Assembly (NCBI GenBank): GCA_052089485.1
Contig: JBQCZX010000001.1
Coordinates: 1-63,455, forward strand
Length of the DNA: 63,455 bases
From: Marinobacter sp.
GTDB lineage: Bacteria; Pseudomonadota; Gammaproteobacteria; Pseudomonadales; Oleiphilaceae
Direction: 5' to 3'
Shown: positions 20,598 through 31,479 of the stretch, one piece after another
Layout: every line of letters begins with the position of its first letter
Position numbering within the stretch: position 1 is the first letter of the stretch
Translations under genes and position numbers: made by a program
The notes under the pieces: generated by a model
Told to the model about the DNA's origin: nothing
Database searches by the model: none
What the model saw: the letters and a program-made list of their open reading frames with translations, nothing else

Positions 20598-22946
20598 CTA
20601 CAGGTTCTCGTAGCGGTTGATATCGAAGACGCCCGACTGCAGTGGGTTGTGCTCCTGCTGCCAGGCAGTGATGTCGCGAAGTATCTCCCAGAAAAAACGG
20701 TGGGTGCGGCGCACGCCCCATACGCTTACCAGTTCTTCAAAGGCTTTGGGTTCGCCCACCTTCAGGGCCTTCATGCGATCTTTGAATAGCCCCAGTTGCG
20801 ATGCCGGAATATCGAACATGAAGTTCGGGTAGCTGCCGATGATTCCCGGGTAGATTGTGAGCTTGTCGTTCTCTGGCTGGTAGCGCACGCTTTCTCCGAA
20901 CAGGAACGCGACGTTGGTATGTGCGCGGTCGCGAATCATTGTATAGACCGTGCGCTTTCCGTTTTCGTTGTAAACCCGCAGGAAGGTTACTTCGGGTAGG
21001 TAATTGATTGCAGGAAGGAATTCCGCCCGGGTAGCCGCTAGATCTGAAAGCTTCTGATCTGCTTGTCGAATCCATTCGGGCGCCCCTTCTCGGCCACAGT
21101 CGCTGCAGCGGTTGATTGGGTCGTCTCGTTCGGCATTCAGCTCGCGGAACTTCAGCAGCAGGCGCGCGCCCAGCTCTGCGTTTAACGCGGAAGTGGCGTA
21201 GGGCACTTGTGAAGGGGTTGTATCATCCATACTGGTGTAGCTGTAATCCAGTTTTAGCGTACCTGCGTCTTTGTACCAGCTGCGTAAGACACGATTACGT
21301 TCGCCGGGCGGGATAAGGCGTAGGTAGTTTTGCTCGCCACCGTTACGAATCAGGTCGAAATACAGTCGTGTCTGGGCCTGATGAGCCACGTTGCCAAACA
21401 CATCAAAGTTGACCACCAGCTCGTAATAGGTTCGCTCTAACAAAGGGTAATCCATCCACCAGCTGGTCAGTGGAACCTGGCCAATGAGCCCCCGCTGCAC
21501 CGATGCATTGTCGTTGTGGCGGAAGATGGTAAGCAGAGCATTGGTGTTGTCGCCATCGCCATCCCAGATATGGTCGAGTGCGGCACCTTGGGGATAGGCC
21601 TCTCGATAGGCTTCATTTCGCAGTTCGAGATACCGGTTGCGTTTGCCTTTGTAGTCCCTCCAGCTGGTGCCTAAATCCAACAGGGCACTGTCCTGCCCGG
21701 GTAATGCCAGCAGTGGTGTTACTTTTTCGCGATACTCTTCGTTGGTTACATACAGGTCTTCTTCGGGGTCGTGGTAGGTCACCCAAAAGTGATCGCGGAT
21801 CACATCAGTGGCAATTTGGCCACGGCACACCGGCCCGCGAATGAAGGTGCGGGTAAAGTATTCTGCATTGTCCAGCATGAACTGATAGCGGGCTTTTGCG
21901 GGGATGGCTGCAAAGGTGATGAACGGGTTGGCACGGCTCTCTCTGCTGTAATCTGGTATGTTCTCAACCTGCCAGTCGGTCGCTTCAAACAGCTCAAGTG
22001 TGCGCTCAAATTGTTCTTCTCCAAAACCGAAAGTAATGTGACTCTTGTGCACGATACTGCCGGCTACCGGGCGCAAGCGGTAATACACCGGACCTTCAGG
22101 GTCATCGTTGGGGCGGCGAGTCGCGATGATATCGATGGGCGTGCCGGGCACGGTACGGGAGCGCACGATTTCAAAGAAGTGGGTATCGGTGCCGTTTTCT
22201 TCAAAGTACAGGTGTGCAAGATAGAGGTGCTCGTAGATCCAGCGGCTGAGCAGTTGTTGGCGCATGTTGCCGTCATTCAGCCAGGTTTCCCAGCGCTTGA
22301 TATGGTCTTGTTCAGCTGCGCTGGTTTTGGTAATCAATGGGCTGATGGCGCCGCCTTGGTCGAGCCAGCCGGCCAGTGTTGCGTATTCGTCGTCTGTCAG
22401 TCCGGTCATGGCCAGTGGCATGCCCTCGTAGGGGTGGTCGCTGGCGTAGTCGGAAAAATCAGCGTTGCTGACACACTGGTTAGCTCGGGATAGCCCCAGT
22501 TCGATGTCTTTTGGCAGCTTGCTGTTGGGCGCAAACTCGTACTGTTTGCCCAAGCGGATCATATTTTCGAATAGGCTGCGGGTTTCTTCGCCTCGAGCCA
22601 GTACGGAGTAAAAACCCAGTTCCCGCCATTGCTGTTCGGTCTGGGCGTCGATTCCCAAGCGGGTGGTTTTCTGGGCGCTCAGGCGTGTGCCATCGTAAAC
22701 GCCGTCTTTGTGGGCGCCCCGAATCAGGCCGTCGGGGGATTCCATTTTTAGTTGGCAAGGGGCATCGAAGCAGCTGTGGCAGGCGAGGCATTTGGCTTCC
22801 ACAATGGGGCGCACGTCTTCGTTGAAGCTGACCGGTGGTTGGGTGGCGGTTGGCAGTGCTTGTTTGAAGGTGGGCGGCGTGGTGCTTTCGGCACAGCCGG
22901 CCAGGAACAGCAGAGTGACGAGTACTGCTGTAATAAGTCGCGCCAT
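20598..22946 (-). CDS. cti: Fatty acid cis/trans isomerase (heme c lipoprotein)
   Basis: Lipobox LAGC, CLACHSCFDAPCQLK, FIRGPVCRGQIA, C-terminal DINRYENL. Confidence 0.93.
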   Translation of the reverse strand: MARLITAVLVTLLFLAGCAESTTPPTFKQALPTATQPPVSFNEDVRPIVEAKCLACHSCFDAPCQLKMESPDGLIRGAHKDGVYDGTRLSAQKTTRLGIDAQTEQQWRELGFYSVLARGEETRSLFENMIRLGKQYEFAPNSKLPKDIELGLSRANQCVSNADFSDYASDHPYEGMPLAMTGLTDDEYATLAGWLDQGGAISPLITKTSAAEQDHIKRWETWLNDGNMRQQLLSRWIYEHLYLAHLYFEENGTDTHFFEIVRSRTVPGTPIDIIATRRPNDDPEGPVYYRLRPVAGSIVHKSHITFGFGEEQFERTLELFEATDWQVENIPDYSRESRANPFITFAAIPAKARYQFMLDNAEYFTRTFIRGPVCRGQIATDVIRDHFWVTYHDPEEDLYVTNEEYREKVTPLLALPGQDSALLDLGTSWRDYKGKRNRYLELRNEAYREAYPQGAALDHIWDGDGDNTNALLTIFRHNDNASVQRGLIGQVPLTSWWMDYPLLERTYYELVVNFDVFGNVAHQAQTRLYFDLIRNGGEQNYLRLIPPGERNRVLRSWYKDAGTLKLDYSYTSMDDTTPSQVPYATSALNAELGARLLLKFRELNAERDDPINRCSDCGREGAPEWIRQADQKLSDLAATRAEFLPAINYLPEVTFLRVYNENGKRTVYTMIRDRAHTNVAFLFGESVRYQPENDKLTIYPGIIGSYPNFMFDIPASQLGLFKDRMKALKVGEPKAFEELVSVWGVRRTHRFFWEILRDITAWQQEHNPLQSGVFDINRYENL

Positions 22947-23065
22947 TGAGGATCCTGTGGTGGTCGTTTGTTGTTGGTGGATTATAGAGGGTTTTTTTAG
23001 GGTTCGCTAAGGGTGGTTTTGGAGGCACCCCGCTCCCCGGCCTTTGGCCATTGGTGGGGGCTACT

Positions 23066-24256
23066 CTACTGCCGTTTTAGGTTTAGTTTTATTGCCAGGG
23101 GGGATACCAAAACGCCGTATGCAATCATCACCGCAATAGCGTGTCTGATGTCGCTGGTCCAGTCTGAGAGCAAGCCGCCCAGCATGGGTACTGCGAAGGC
23201 AATGCTGTAACCGATCAAAAAGTTCCCGGCTGATAATCGGCCGGTTTCGCTTGCGGGTACCAGCAGTGGCGGCAGTGCCACCATCATAATCAGCAGTATG
23301 CCGGCGGTGAAACTCATGAAGGTTGCGCTGGCGATTGCCCACCAGCCAGTAAACACCAGTGTGCCGAGTGTTCCCAACAGGCTGCATATCAGCATGATGA
23401 TTAGCGGTGTTTTACGGCCGACCCAGTGACGGGCCATTTTCAGCATCAGCAGTGAGGCAAATACCTGGGCGAAGTTGTACCAGAATAACGCTTCTGTGAG
23501 GTTTTCGACTTCGCCCCTCTGCTCCAGTAACGCGCCCATGTAAGCGTTTACACCGAAAAACAGAGAGCTGGAAACGCCTAGCAGTAGGCCTAGCTGCAGG
23601 GTGAGCGGGTTTTTCCAGTCTGGCAGCCAGGAGGTTTTTCGTGTGGGTCGGGCCATATCGCGTTTGGGGAGAAACAGGGCTGCGGCAACTAGCAGTGCGG
23701 GCAGTGACCAGACCAGCAACGTTGCGCGCCAGCTGTTTTCCAGCAGAGGCATGAGCACCGGCAGCGTGATTCCGGCCCCGATGAACTCGCCCATCAGCAT
23801 GCCGTTCATGTAAATGGCTGAGCCGAAGGCGAGGTGTTTTGGTTCTAACCAGCGCGGCAGCAATGCCGGCAGGGCGGGCTGCATCATGGCAATACCCAGG
23901 CCCATAACGGCGCTGGTGAGCATCAGTGTGAAGGTGTCAGGGGCCAGGCCGCGGCCAGCTGAGCCGATCACCATGACAACCATGGCTAGCGCGAGTGTAT
24001 TGCGCGGGCCTATGCGGGAGATGGATAGCGAGCCAGGCATAGCGCCTACAGCAAGCATCAAGATGGGTAGTGTGGTTAGCGCGCCGGTGAGGGTCTGAGA
24101 GAGAGCCAGCTCGTCACCGATGGACGGTGCCAGGGGCGGCGCAACCAGTATCGGGATGCGCAGGTAAACACCGGCTAGCCAAAGCAACACCGCCACCGGC
24201 AGCAAGCTCGCTGTCGGTGGCGGTGTTGGTACTGCCGGATTTTCAGCTACAGACAA
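23066..24256 (-). CDS. CynX/NimT-like MFS transporter
   Basis: LRIPILVAPPL, GALTTLP; about 12 TM. Confidence 0.82.
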   Translation of the reverse strand: MSVAENPAVPTPPPTASLLPVAVLLWLAGVYLRIPILVAPPLAPSIGDELALSQTLTGALTTLPILMLAVGAMPGSLSISRIGPRNTLALAMVVMVIGSAGRGLAPDTFTLMLTSAVMGLGIAMMQPALPALLPRWLEPKHLAFGSAIYMNGMLMGEFIGAGITLPVLMPLLENSWRATLLVWSLPALLVAAALFLPKRDMARPTRKTSWLPDWKNPLTLQLGLLLGVSSSLFFGVNAYMGALLEQRGEVENLTEALFWYNFAQVFASLLMLKMARHWVGRKTPLIIMLICSLLGTLGTLVFTGWWAIASATFMSFTAGILLIMMVALPPLLVPASETGRLSAGNFLIGYSIAFAVPMLGGLLSDWTSDIRHAIAVMIAYGVLVSPLAIKLNLKRQ

Positions 24257-24262
24257 GAAAAA

Positions 24263-24658
24263 TCAGTCTTCGCTGGTGTCCGGCAGATACGCGCCGTCTT
24301 CGTCGTGCACTTCCTGCCCCGTCACGGGCGGGTTGAACGAGCAGATCAAACGCATGTCTTCAGTACCGCCACGCAGGGTGTGCTGGTCATGCTTGTCGAG
24401 GGCGTACAGAGTGCCGTCTGAGATCTCGTGGGTTTCACCGGTTGCTTTGTCGGTAATCGTGCCGTTGCCGGCTACGCAGTAAACCGCTTCCAGGTGATGT
24501 TTGTACCACAGGTTAAGTTCGGCACCTGCAGGAATAATCGTTTCGTGGAAGGAGAAACCCATACCGTCTTTTTTCAACAGCATGCGGCGGCTTGTCCAGC
24601 CTGGACCATGTACTTCACGCTCGGTACCGATGATGTCCTGAACTCGTACAATTTTCAT
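24263..24658 (-). CDS. ectC: Ectoine synthase (solitary ectC)
   Basis: [48 protein letters not shown]; GAGGA RBS. Confidence 0.95.
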   Translation of the reverse strand: MKIVRVQDIIGTEREVHGPGWTSRRMLLKKDGMGFSFHETIIPAGAELNLWYKHHLEAVYCVAGNGTITDKATGETHEISDGTLYALDKHDQHTLRGGTEDMRLICSFNPPVTGQEVHDEDGAYLPDTSED

Positions 24659-24708
24659 GAGCATTCCTCGTTTTGTGATGGAATAGCCATACAGTATAAA
24701 CATCCATT

Positions 24709-26139
24709 TCAGGTTCGGTTCAACCGCCAGTCTTCGTAACCTGTCATGCACTGCTCTATGGCGAGGTGAAATCTATGCCGTTGATTTTCGTCCAGAGGCT
24801 GCTGTTTACGGCATCTGTCCAGCGTTCTCTGAATGGTTTGACGACTCTTTTTATCGAGACGCTCCAGCCAATGATGGTCTGCAGGCTCCAAGTCTAGCAG
24901 CTCTCGGCCGGCGTGGTTGCGATGGCTTATGTGCCACCAGTGATCCACGGCTCGCCCCAGCACCACGTAACCAAACTGGCTGTCCTGTACCGGGCCGAAG
25001 GTGGCGGTTTTCAGGCCGTCTCTGAGAAGACCTATACTCAGGACTGGCAAGCTGAGTTTGTCACCGTAAAAATAGCTGCCTGCCGCCCCGATCAGCCCAC
25101 CTACCAAGGCGCCAGTACCCAGCGATGTGCCCAGGGTAAGGGCGTCCAGGCCGGCACCGCTAACGGCGCCGGCGCCGAAACCTGCGGTGGCCAGGTAGCG
25201 CTTGCTAACGGCCCAGTGTTCGCGGCTGCCTTCTGAGAACAGGTCATGATCGCTGTGCCATTCCAGTTCGGCCTCCTGGCGGCGGATGCTCTGGTGCTGA
25301 TACAAGTGTTCGATTTCTATCCGAAGAGTTTGTTCCCGCTGGCGTTGGTGCTGGTACCAGCGTTGCCGAAGCTGCTCTGCGAGTGTGCTGTCGCTGGTGC
25401 CGGCGACCTGATCCAGGGTTAGAGTGCGCTTTTCCTGGAATGACATCATGTCTTTCAAGGCCTTGGCGACAATGCCCGCAGCCAGGGTTTTGCGATGCTG
25501 GCGCTGGGCAGACAAGTGATGGGTGGCCTGATCCAGGGCCTGCTCCCAGTCTGGCTCAAGTTGACCGAATGCGCGCAAAAGGCTCAAATGTTGCTCAAAA
25601 GGGGCACGAACCGCGTCGAAGTTGCGCACAACTTGAAAGAATTGCCCCAAGGCCGCCTGCCAGGTTGTGCTGTGATCGTCTGACCCGATGCTGTTGATCA
25701 GCGCCAAGCTGGGTTGACCTGTCCAGCGTAGGATGGTCATTTCAGCCTCGTGCTCGGCGCTGTAAGGGGCGGAGCCATCCACCACGTAGATTATGCCAGC
25801 GCCTTCAATTAACGGTGTTAGCAGCTCACACTCGTCTGTAAAGCGGTCGTCGCCTTGATGCTGTAGAACAAACGCTCGAACCGTTTCACTGTGATCCGAT
25901 GCCGACACGCTGTGAGCTTCCAGCCACTCCAGAACTCGCCTGGGGCGCTGAAAACCCGGCGTATCCACCAACGTGTAGAGGGTTTTGCCGTCTACGCTCA
26001 GAGGGTATGCCTGCCGCGTGCGTGTGGTGCCCGGCTCCAAGGCGATGGCGATGGCGTCGTTTTGCGATAGTGTCGCCACCACACTGGATTTCCCCTTGTT
26101 GGGGTGGCCCACGACGGCGAAGGTAGGTGCGATATTCAT
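24709..26139 (-). CDS. GTPase with DUF3482 domain
   Basis: G1 [10 protein letters not shown]2 TT, G3 DTPG; C-terminal glycine-rich hydrophobic hairpin; ATGA overlap with upstream gene. Confidence 0.85.
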   Translation of the reverse strand: MNIAPTFAVVGHPNKGKSSVVATLSQNDAIAIALEPGTTRTRQAYPLSVDGKTLYTLVDTPGFQRPRRVLEWLEAHSVSASDHSETVRAFVLQHQGDDRFTDECELLTPLIEGAGIIYVVDGSAPYSAEHEAEMTILRWTGQPSLALINSIGSDDHSTTWQAALGQFFQVVRNFDAVRAPFEQHLSLLRAFGQLEPDWEQALDQATHHLSAQRQHRKTLAAGIVAKALKDMMSFQEKRTLTLDQVAGTSDSTLAEQLRQRWYQHQRQREQTLRIEIEHLYQHQSIRRQEAELEWHSDHDLFSEGSREHWAVSKRYLATAGFGAGAVSGAGLDALTLGTSLGTGALVGGLIGAAGSYFYGDKLSLPVLSIGLLRDGLKTATFGPVQDSQFGYVVLGRAVDHWWHISHRNHAGRELLDLEPADHHWLERLDKKSRQTIQRTLDRCRKQQPLDENQRHRFHLAIEQCMTGYEDWRLNRT

Positions 26140-27548
26140 TCGATAACTCCCCCGTCCATGTCGGGAACGGCCCCGTGAGCTGGTATAAGGCTGACTGCTA
26201 TAAATTCCGCCCCGGCCCGCTTGGCAAATCTCAGCCATTGTTGAACCTGGTGCGCGTCCGGCTCCCGTTCAATATCAGTGGCCAGAGGTACCAGAGCGAT
26301 CTGAGCGCCTTTGGGCCAGAGTTCTTTCGCATTGACCAGAAAATCCTCCAGCTCACCTGTAGGCGGCTCCCAGCTACGGGTAACCAAAAGAACGAAAAGC
26401 TGGGGCGACTTTGTCAAATGCGTGGCTATCTGCTCCAGTGTCTGCCGGTCCTCTGCCAGTGTCATCCTGCCCCCCGCTTTCGCTACCAGGCTTTTGCCTG
26501 CACTGAGCGAATCTGGCAGTTCCGGGTCGCCGGCGCCGGCCCAGCACAAAACAATCCGGGCGTCTGGCAATGGTTGCAGGTTCAAATGAGTGTCGGTGTT
26601 TGGCTGATCAGCGGCATCGTTGTGGTCGTTACCTGTATCCAGGGTCGGTGTTTCCATACGGTACATCAGCGCGCGCTTCGCCGGGTGGCTGGCCAGTAGA
26701 TACCGGGCCTTGCGCCGGATGAGCACGCCCGCCAGCAGCCAAAGAACCAGCCGAGGCAGCAGCGCCCAAGTTGTCCAGAGCATGGCGATGAAAGGCCACC
26801 ACTGGCCCCAACGGGCGGGGTTCACGGTGCCGTCGCCGGTGCCGGCACGAAAAAACCGGGTTGCTTCCACAAGTGCAAATTCAGGCGCAGCGGCCGACCA
26901 TAGCCAGGCCCAGGGTGCGGCAACGATTGCGATCAGCCGGTGATAGCTGCTGGCATCGGTATCGAGAGTGGTACTCCAGCCAAATGCGAGGTCTTGAAGC
27001 ACCACCATAACCAACAAGGTTGCCAGACCGGTCAGCGCAAAACATAGCCCGCCAAGCTGAGCTGCCCGCGCCATGAGTACCGGTTGAAGCTTTATCGAAA
27101 CGGCAGATTCGGGGTTGTTCCGAAAGCGTCGGAGCAGTGGACGCCAGGGTTGCCAGCCCACAAGCGACTGGGCGGTGGTTAACAGCGCCAGTAAAAGCTG
27201 GAAGGCCACAAAGGCCAGAATAACGGTTACGTTGATGCGCTGGCCACCGTCGTAGAACAGCAAGCCGAGCATGGCCAGTACGCCTAGCAAGGCACCGGCA
27301 ACCATAAACCCGCTGTTGATTCGGCGCCAGAAACCCAAGGTATGCGCCGAAGGGGCGACACCTGCACCTGGGCCGCTGAGATGATTCATTTGGGCCATCC
27401 AGCGTTCTGGGTTCGGCGTCACGCCTTGTTGGTCGCAGGTCAGTGCAAACTTGCGATCCCGCCGGTGCAAAAATGCCGGGGCCTGGCCGTTGTCTCTCTG
27501 GGCGCAGGCATCAAAATCCAGCAGCAGGCGGAGGGAATGATCTGTCAT
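26136..27548 (-). CDS. DUF2868 membrane protein
   Basis: QDLAFGWSTTL, LLPRL and WEPP motifs; several TM helices; ATG at 27548. Confidence 0.82.
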   Translation of the reverse strand: MTDHSLRLLLDFDACAQRDNGQAPAFLHRRDRKFALTCDQQGVTPNPERWMAQMNHLSGPGAGVAPSAHTLGFWRRINSGFMVAGALLGVLAMLGLLFYDGGQRINVTVILAFVAFQLLLALLTTAQSLVGWQPWRPLLRRFRNNPESAVSIKLQPVLMARAAQLGGLCFALTGLATLLVMVVLQDLAFGWSTTLDTDASSYHRLIAIVAAPWAWLWSAAAPEFALVEATRFFRAGTGDGTVNPARWGQWWPFIAMLWTTWALLPRLVLWLLAGVLIRRKARYLLASHPAKRALMYRMETPTLDTGNDHNDAADQPNTDTHLNLQPLPDARIVLCWAGAGDPELPDSLSAGKSLVAKAGGRMTLAEDRQTLEQIATHLTKSPQLFVLLVTRSWEPPTGELEDFLVNAKELWPKGAQIALVPLATDIEREPDAHQVQQWLRFAKRAGAEFIAVSLIPAHGAVPDMDGGVIE

Positions 27549-27635
27549 GAACGGTTCCGGTTGTGAATTCGGTCTGTGGGTGTTTGGTGTTAGGATATCG
27601 GTATTACCCCGTCCGATACCAGACAACGAGCGTTC

Positions 27636-27998
27636 ATGCCCCACCACTTGATGAATCTGCGCCACGTGCCCGACGACGAAGCCGAAGAAATACGGGCGTT
27701 GTTCGATGAACACGAGGTGCGCTTTTACGAGACCCCGCCGAGCCGCTGGGGCATTAGCATGGGCGGTTTCTGGGTGCACGACACCGACGAGGCCGAAAGA
27801 GCCAAAATCTTGCTGCACGAATACCAACGCCAGCGCATGCAAAGCCAACGTGAAACCTATCAGGCGTGGCGCCTAAAGGGCGAGGGTGGCGGCATCGGAT
27901 ATATGTTCCGGCACAAACCCCTGCGCACACTGGCCGCCTGCCTTGCCATTATTACCATTGCCGGATTTAGCCTGCTCCCGTTTATCCGGATAGGGTAG
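27636..27998 (+). CDS. DUF6164-like small membrane protein
   Basis: LRHVPDDEAEEIRALF...FYETPPSRWGIS; C-terminal TM. Confidence 0.75.
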   Translation: MPHHLMNLRHVPDDEAEEIRALFDEHEVRFYETPPSRWGISMGGFWVHDTDEAERAKILLHEYQRQRMQSQRETYQAWRLKGEGGGIGYMFRHKPLRTLAACLAIITIAGFSLLPFIRIG

Positions 27999-28008
27999 TC
28001 TCGGCGCT

Positions 28009-28920
28009 TCAGCGCTCGTCCTTGTGGTGTCGCGCCAGAAAATCGGTTGCTTTGTCAACGGCGCTGCCGGCAGTGAGAAAGCTGGTAATGTGGCCGCGCA
28101 GACGCATTTCAAACAACTCGCTTTCAACCCCATTGGCCAGCAGGGTCTCGTGCAGTTTTCTGGATTGTCGGAAAGGTACCAGATTGTCCATGTTGCCGTG
28201 GAACAGAAAGAACGGCGGCGCATTACCGGTGACGTATGTTATGGGAGACGCTGTGCGATAGGTGTCGGGAATGTCATGTTTTTTGCCTCCCAGAAACTGC
28301 CGTATGAGCTTGCCGGAACCAAAAGTTGTCAGATCGGCCGGCGTGCCGCCGGCCACCACGGAGCTAAGGGCCGTTTCCGGGCCACCATAGGGCTGGTTTA
28401 GCGCCCCGGCATGGTCTGAGTTGGCTGCGAGTGCCATCAATGCGATCAAGTGCGCACCGGAAGAGAAGCCAAACCCGCTTACCTCAGACGCATCCAATCG
28501 ATATTGTTCAGCGTGACGATTCAGCCAAGTGCGAGCTATCTGCAGATCGTGTAGCTGGGCCGGGAAGATATGCTCGGGGGCGAAGCGGTAATCAACATTG
28601 AAAACCGCAAAGCCGTGGCCCGCCAGTTCCTCTGCAATCCAGCTCATATCACCCCTAGAGCGACCTTCCCAGCCTCCGCCGTGCACCATCAGCACAACAG
28701 TTCGAAGCCTCTCACCCTCGGGAAGGTACAGGTCGCCATAGAGTGCTTCTGGCCAGTCCTCAGGAGAAAATTGCACGCCGTGATTCACAGTGAATGTCGT
28801 GTCTTCCAGCGCGGCAGATGTCGCAGGCGCATTGTGATGGTTTGCGCAGCCACCTAGTACCAGTGCGCTTGCCAGCGAACCTACTCCAATCAGGTTTTTC
28901 AGCGTTCTTTGAGTTTTCAA
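28009..28920 (-). CDS. Alpha/beta hydrolase (HSL/BD-FAE-like esterase), predicted lipoprotein
   Basis: HGGGW oxyanion motif, GFSSG nucleophile, HGNMDNLVP, GH; lipobox LGGC; TTG start. Confidence 0.88.
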   Translation of the reverse strand: MKTQRTLKNLIGVGSLASALVLGGCANHHNAPATSAALEDTTFTVNHGVQFSPEDWPEALYGDLYLPEGERLRTVVLMVHGGGWEGRSRGDMSWIAEELAGHGFAVFNVDYRFAPEHIFPAQLHDLQIARTWLNRHAEQYRLDASEVSGFGFSSGAHLIALMALAANSDHAGALNQPYGGPETALSSVVAGGTPADLTTFGSGKLIRQFLGGKKHDIPDTYRTASPITYVTGNAPPFFLFHGNMDNLVPFRQSRKLHETLLANGVESELFEMRLRGHITSFLTAGSAVDKATDFLARHHKDER

Positions 28921-29001
28921 TGATTTACCATTCCTTATGCTGGGCCACAGAGCGAATTTACGGGTTACGGGCGGAGTTGGATTTGTGTCGCTTTAATACG
29001 C

Positions 29002-29123
29002 TGTCCGGCAATCGAGACGTTGTCCGGGTATCAGGACAGATAGGCTTGAGTGGCCCTTACAGTGCGGTGTTTCGATGCGAGCCTCGACTCTGATCAAGGC
29101 AAGGTTGTCCGGAAATCGAGACA
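29002..29123. promoter_or_regulatory. Three 18-bp palindromic sites (TGTCC-N8-GGACA-like), putative enhancer-binding-protein UAS
   Basis: 29002 TGTCCGGCAATCGAGACG; 29021 TGTCCGGGTATCAGGACA; 29106 TGTCCGGAAATCGAGACA. Confidence 0.7.
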
Positions 29124-29184
29124 AATAAAATGATTGGCAAATTAAATCACAAAAATCATCAGTAAAAACAGATGGGTAAAATAA

Positions 29185-29200
29185 TGGCACAGGATGCGCA
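29185..29200 (+). promoter_or_regulatory. Sigma54 (-24/-12) promoter of the 3HB-oligomer hydrolase gene
   Basis: TGGCACAGGATGCGCA with GG-N10-GC spacing. Confidence 0.72.
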
Positions 29201-29262
29201 TATTAGTTATTTCGGGCCGTGAGCCCGGCTTGTTCTTAACAACAACAAACAAGGAACGATCC

Positions 29263-31374
29263 ATGAAACGTATCATGATCTGTACGCTGATCGGCGCTAC
29301 AGGCTTCTTATTGAGTGCCTGCAGTGACAGCAATAACGACGATGACAACACACCCGAGGTAAACCAGGTGCCCGGGTTTATCGATGGCGATATCCGCCAC
29401 ACCCAATATGATGGCGTCACCGATGATCTTCTGACCGCGGGTCTAGGGGCCACTGGCCTTGGCAATGCCACAGCACCTGCGTTTGCCGACCCGCTCAATC
29501 CCTCCTCGGCCGAACTGCGCCAGCGGGCGATCTACAATAACTACCGGGCGCTGGTGGATACCTCCCCTGGTGGTGGCTACGGTGAGTTTTTTGGCCCAGG
29601 CGTTGGCAATGAAACCGAAGGCCTGATTCCGGGGCACGAGTATATTGCTTTCATGACAGTTCCGGGTAGCGACGTGCCTGTTACGGTTATGACTCAGATT
29701 CCTGACAGCTTTGATACGCAAAACCCATGCATGATCACCGCGCCTTCATCCGGCTCCCGGGGAGTGTATGGTGCGATTGGAACAGCCGGCGAATGGGGGC
29801 TGAAAAAAGGCTGTGCCGTGGTCTACACCGACAAGGGAAGCGGCACCGGCGCTCATAATCTGGAAACCAATACGGCCCAGCGCATCGATGGCACGCTTTC
29901 AGCCACCGATGAACCCGTTCAGTTTCGCGCGGACCTTACCGCGAGCGAACGGGGTGATTTCAACGCAGTCTCTCCTGACCGTTTTGCGTGGAAGCACGCC
30001 CACTCGAAAACCAACCCTGAAGCTGATTGGGGGCGCCATGTTCTACAGTCTGTTGAGTTTGGATTTTGGGCACTCAACGAGCAATTCGGTAGCGACAACA
30101 ACGTTGACGCTATTACGCCTGAAAACACCCTGGTTATTGCCTCGAGTGTTTCTAACGGTGGTGGCGCATCGGTTCGCGCGGCTGAGCAAGACACAAAAGG
30201 CCTGATCGACGGTGTAGCCGTATCTGAGCCCAATGTAAACCCAACTGTGGATACCGATTTCACCATTGTGCAGGGTAGCGATACGCCAATTACTGAGCAC
30301 AGTCGTAGCTTGCTTGAATACACCACGGCACTGGCGGTGTATCAGGGTTGCGCCAACCAGGCGCCAGCCATTCGCGACACTGCTCCGTTGAACGCTGATT
30401 ACAACCCTGCGGTTATCGGCGAGAATATCTGCACCTCATTGGGGCTCAAAGGACTCGTTACAGGCATCAATACTGACGAGCGTGCTACCGATGCATTGCG
30501 TATTCTGAATGAGGAATTTGGAATCCAGCCAGAGCAGAATCTGCTTGCGCCCATACATTTTGCCTCCAACGTTGCCCAGAGCATTTCCATGACCTACGCC
30601 AACGCCTATGGCCGTGCTGGTGTCGAGGATCGTGTGTGCGGGCTTAGCCTGGCTGCGACCGACGCCTCCGGTGCGGTAACTCCGCTTACACCGGTCGAGG
30701 AAGCGGCAGCATTTGCAACCAGTAACGGCATCCCACCCACCGCAGAGGTCAACATCGTTTACGACGAGGCAGTAGGTCAGCCGACTCTACTGGCTGCCAG
30801 CACATCGCCCAGCAGCGGCTTTGCGGATTATGGTCTTGACGCATTGTTGTGCCTGCACGGCTTGGCCTTGGGTCGTGATGCTATTACCGGAGATGCGCTG
30901 TCTGGTACCGATGCAGAGCTGGCCGAGGCAATCGCTGATGGCATCGAAGATATCAGAGCTACCGGGGGCCTTCGCGGCAAGCCAGCGGTATTTGTGACTG
31001 GTCGGGCGGATGCTGTTTTGCCCATCAATCACACCTCTCGGCCCTATTTCGGGCTTAACCAGAAAGTGGAAGGCGAGGGTAGCGAGCTTCGTTACTACGA
31101 GGTGCTCAATGCTCATCACCTCGATGTTTTGAACGGCTTCCCTTCTGTTGGTGCCAGTTACGTGCCGCTGCACCATTACTATTTCCAAGCTCTGGATTTG
31201 GTATGGGATCGGTTGACCAACGACACGCCGCTGCCGCCAAGCCAGGTTGTCCGGGCTACGCCACGGGGAGAGGCAACACCGCTATCGCAGGCCAATCTGC
31301 CAGCTTTAGCAACACAACCGCCAGAGGCAGACCTTATTCGTCTGGTTGGTAGCGAGTTACGCATACCTGATTGA
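29263..31374 (+). CDS. D-(-)-3-hydroxybutyrate oligomer hydrolase, predicted lipoprotein
   Basis: [42 protein letters not shown], catalytic SSVSNGG; lipobox LSAC; AAGGA RBS. Confidence 0.92.
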   Translation: MKRIMICTLIGATGFLLSACSDSNNDDDNTPEVNQVPGFIDGDIRHTQYDGVTDDLLTAGLGATGLGNATAPAFADPLNPSSAELRQRAIYNNYRALVDTSPGGGYGEFFGPGVGNETEGLIPGHEYIAFMTVPGSDVPVTVMTQIPDSFDTQNPCMITAPSSGSRGVYGAIGTAGEWGLKKGCAVVYTDKGSGTGAHNLETNTAQRIDGTLSATDEPVQFRADLTASERGDFNAVSPDRFAWKHAHSKTNPEADWGRHVLQSVEFGFWALNEQFGSDNNVDAITPENTLVIASSVSNGGGASVRAAEQDTKGLIDGVAVSEPNVNPTVDTDFTIVQGSDTPITEHSRSLLEYTTALAVYQGCANQAPAIRDTAPLNADYNPAVIGENICTSLGLKGLVTGINTDERATDALRILNEEFGIQPEQNLLAPIHFASNVAQSISMTYANAYGRAGVEDRVCGLSLAATDASGAVTPLTPVEEAAAFATSNGIPPTAEVNIVYDEAVGQPTLLAASTSPSSGFADYGLDALLCLHGLALGRDAITGDALSGTDAELAEAIADGIEDIRATGGLRGKPAVFVTGRADAVLPINHTSRPYFGLNQKVEGEGSELRYYEVLNAHHLDVLNGFPSVGASYVPLHHYYFQALDLVWDRLTNDTPLPPSQVVRATPRGEATPLSQANLPALATQPPEADLIRLVGSELRIPD

Positions 31375-31479
31375 TGGCGTTCGGGTCGTCCCAAGCCCTC
31401 TCTCATTTGCTCACCTTGCGGAGAGGGCCATATACTTCCGACAGAGCACCCGGCACAGCCGGGTGTTAGGGCTTTCACT

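Noticed and set aside
27549-27848. Extended N-terminus of the DUF2868 ORF (to 27848)
   Set aside because: It overlaps the opposite-strand gene at 27636-27998; ATG 27548 is more plausible. The long extensions of the MATE, cupredoxin, ectC and GTPase ORFs were trimmed for similar reasons
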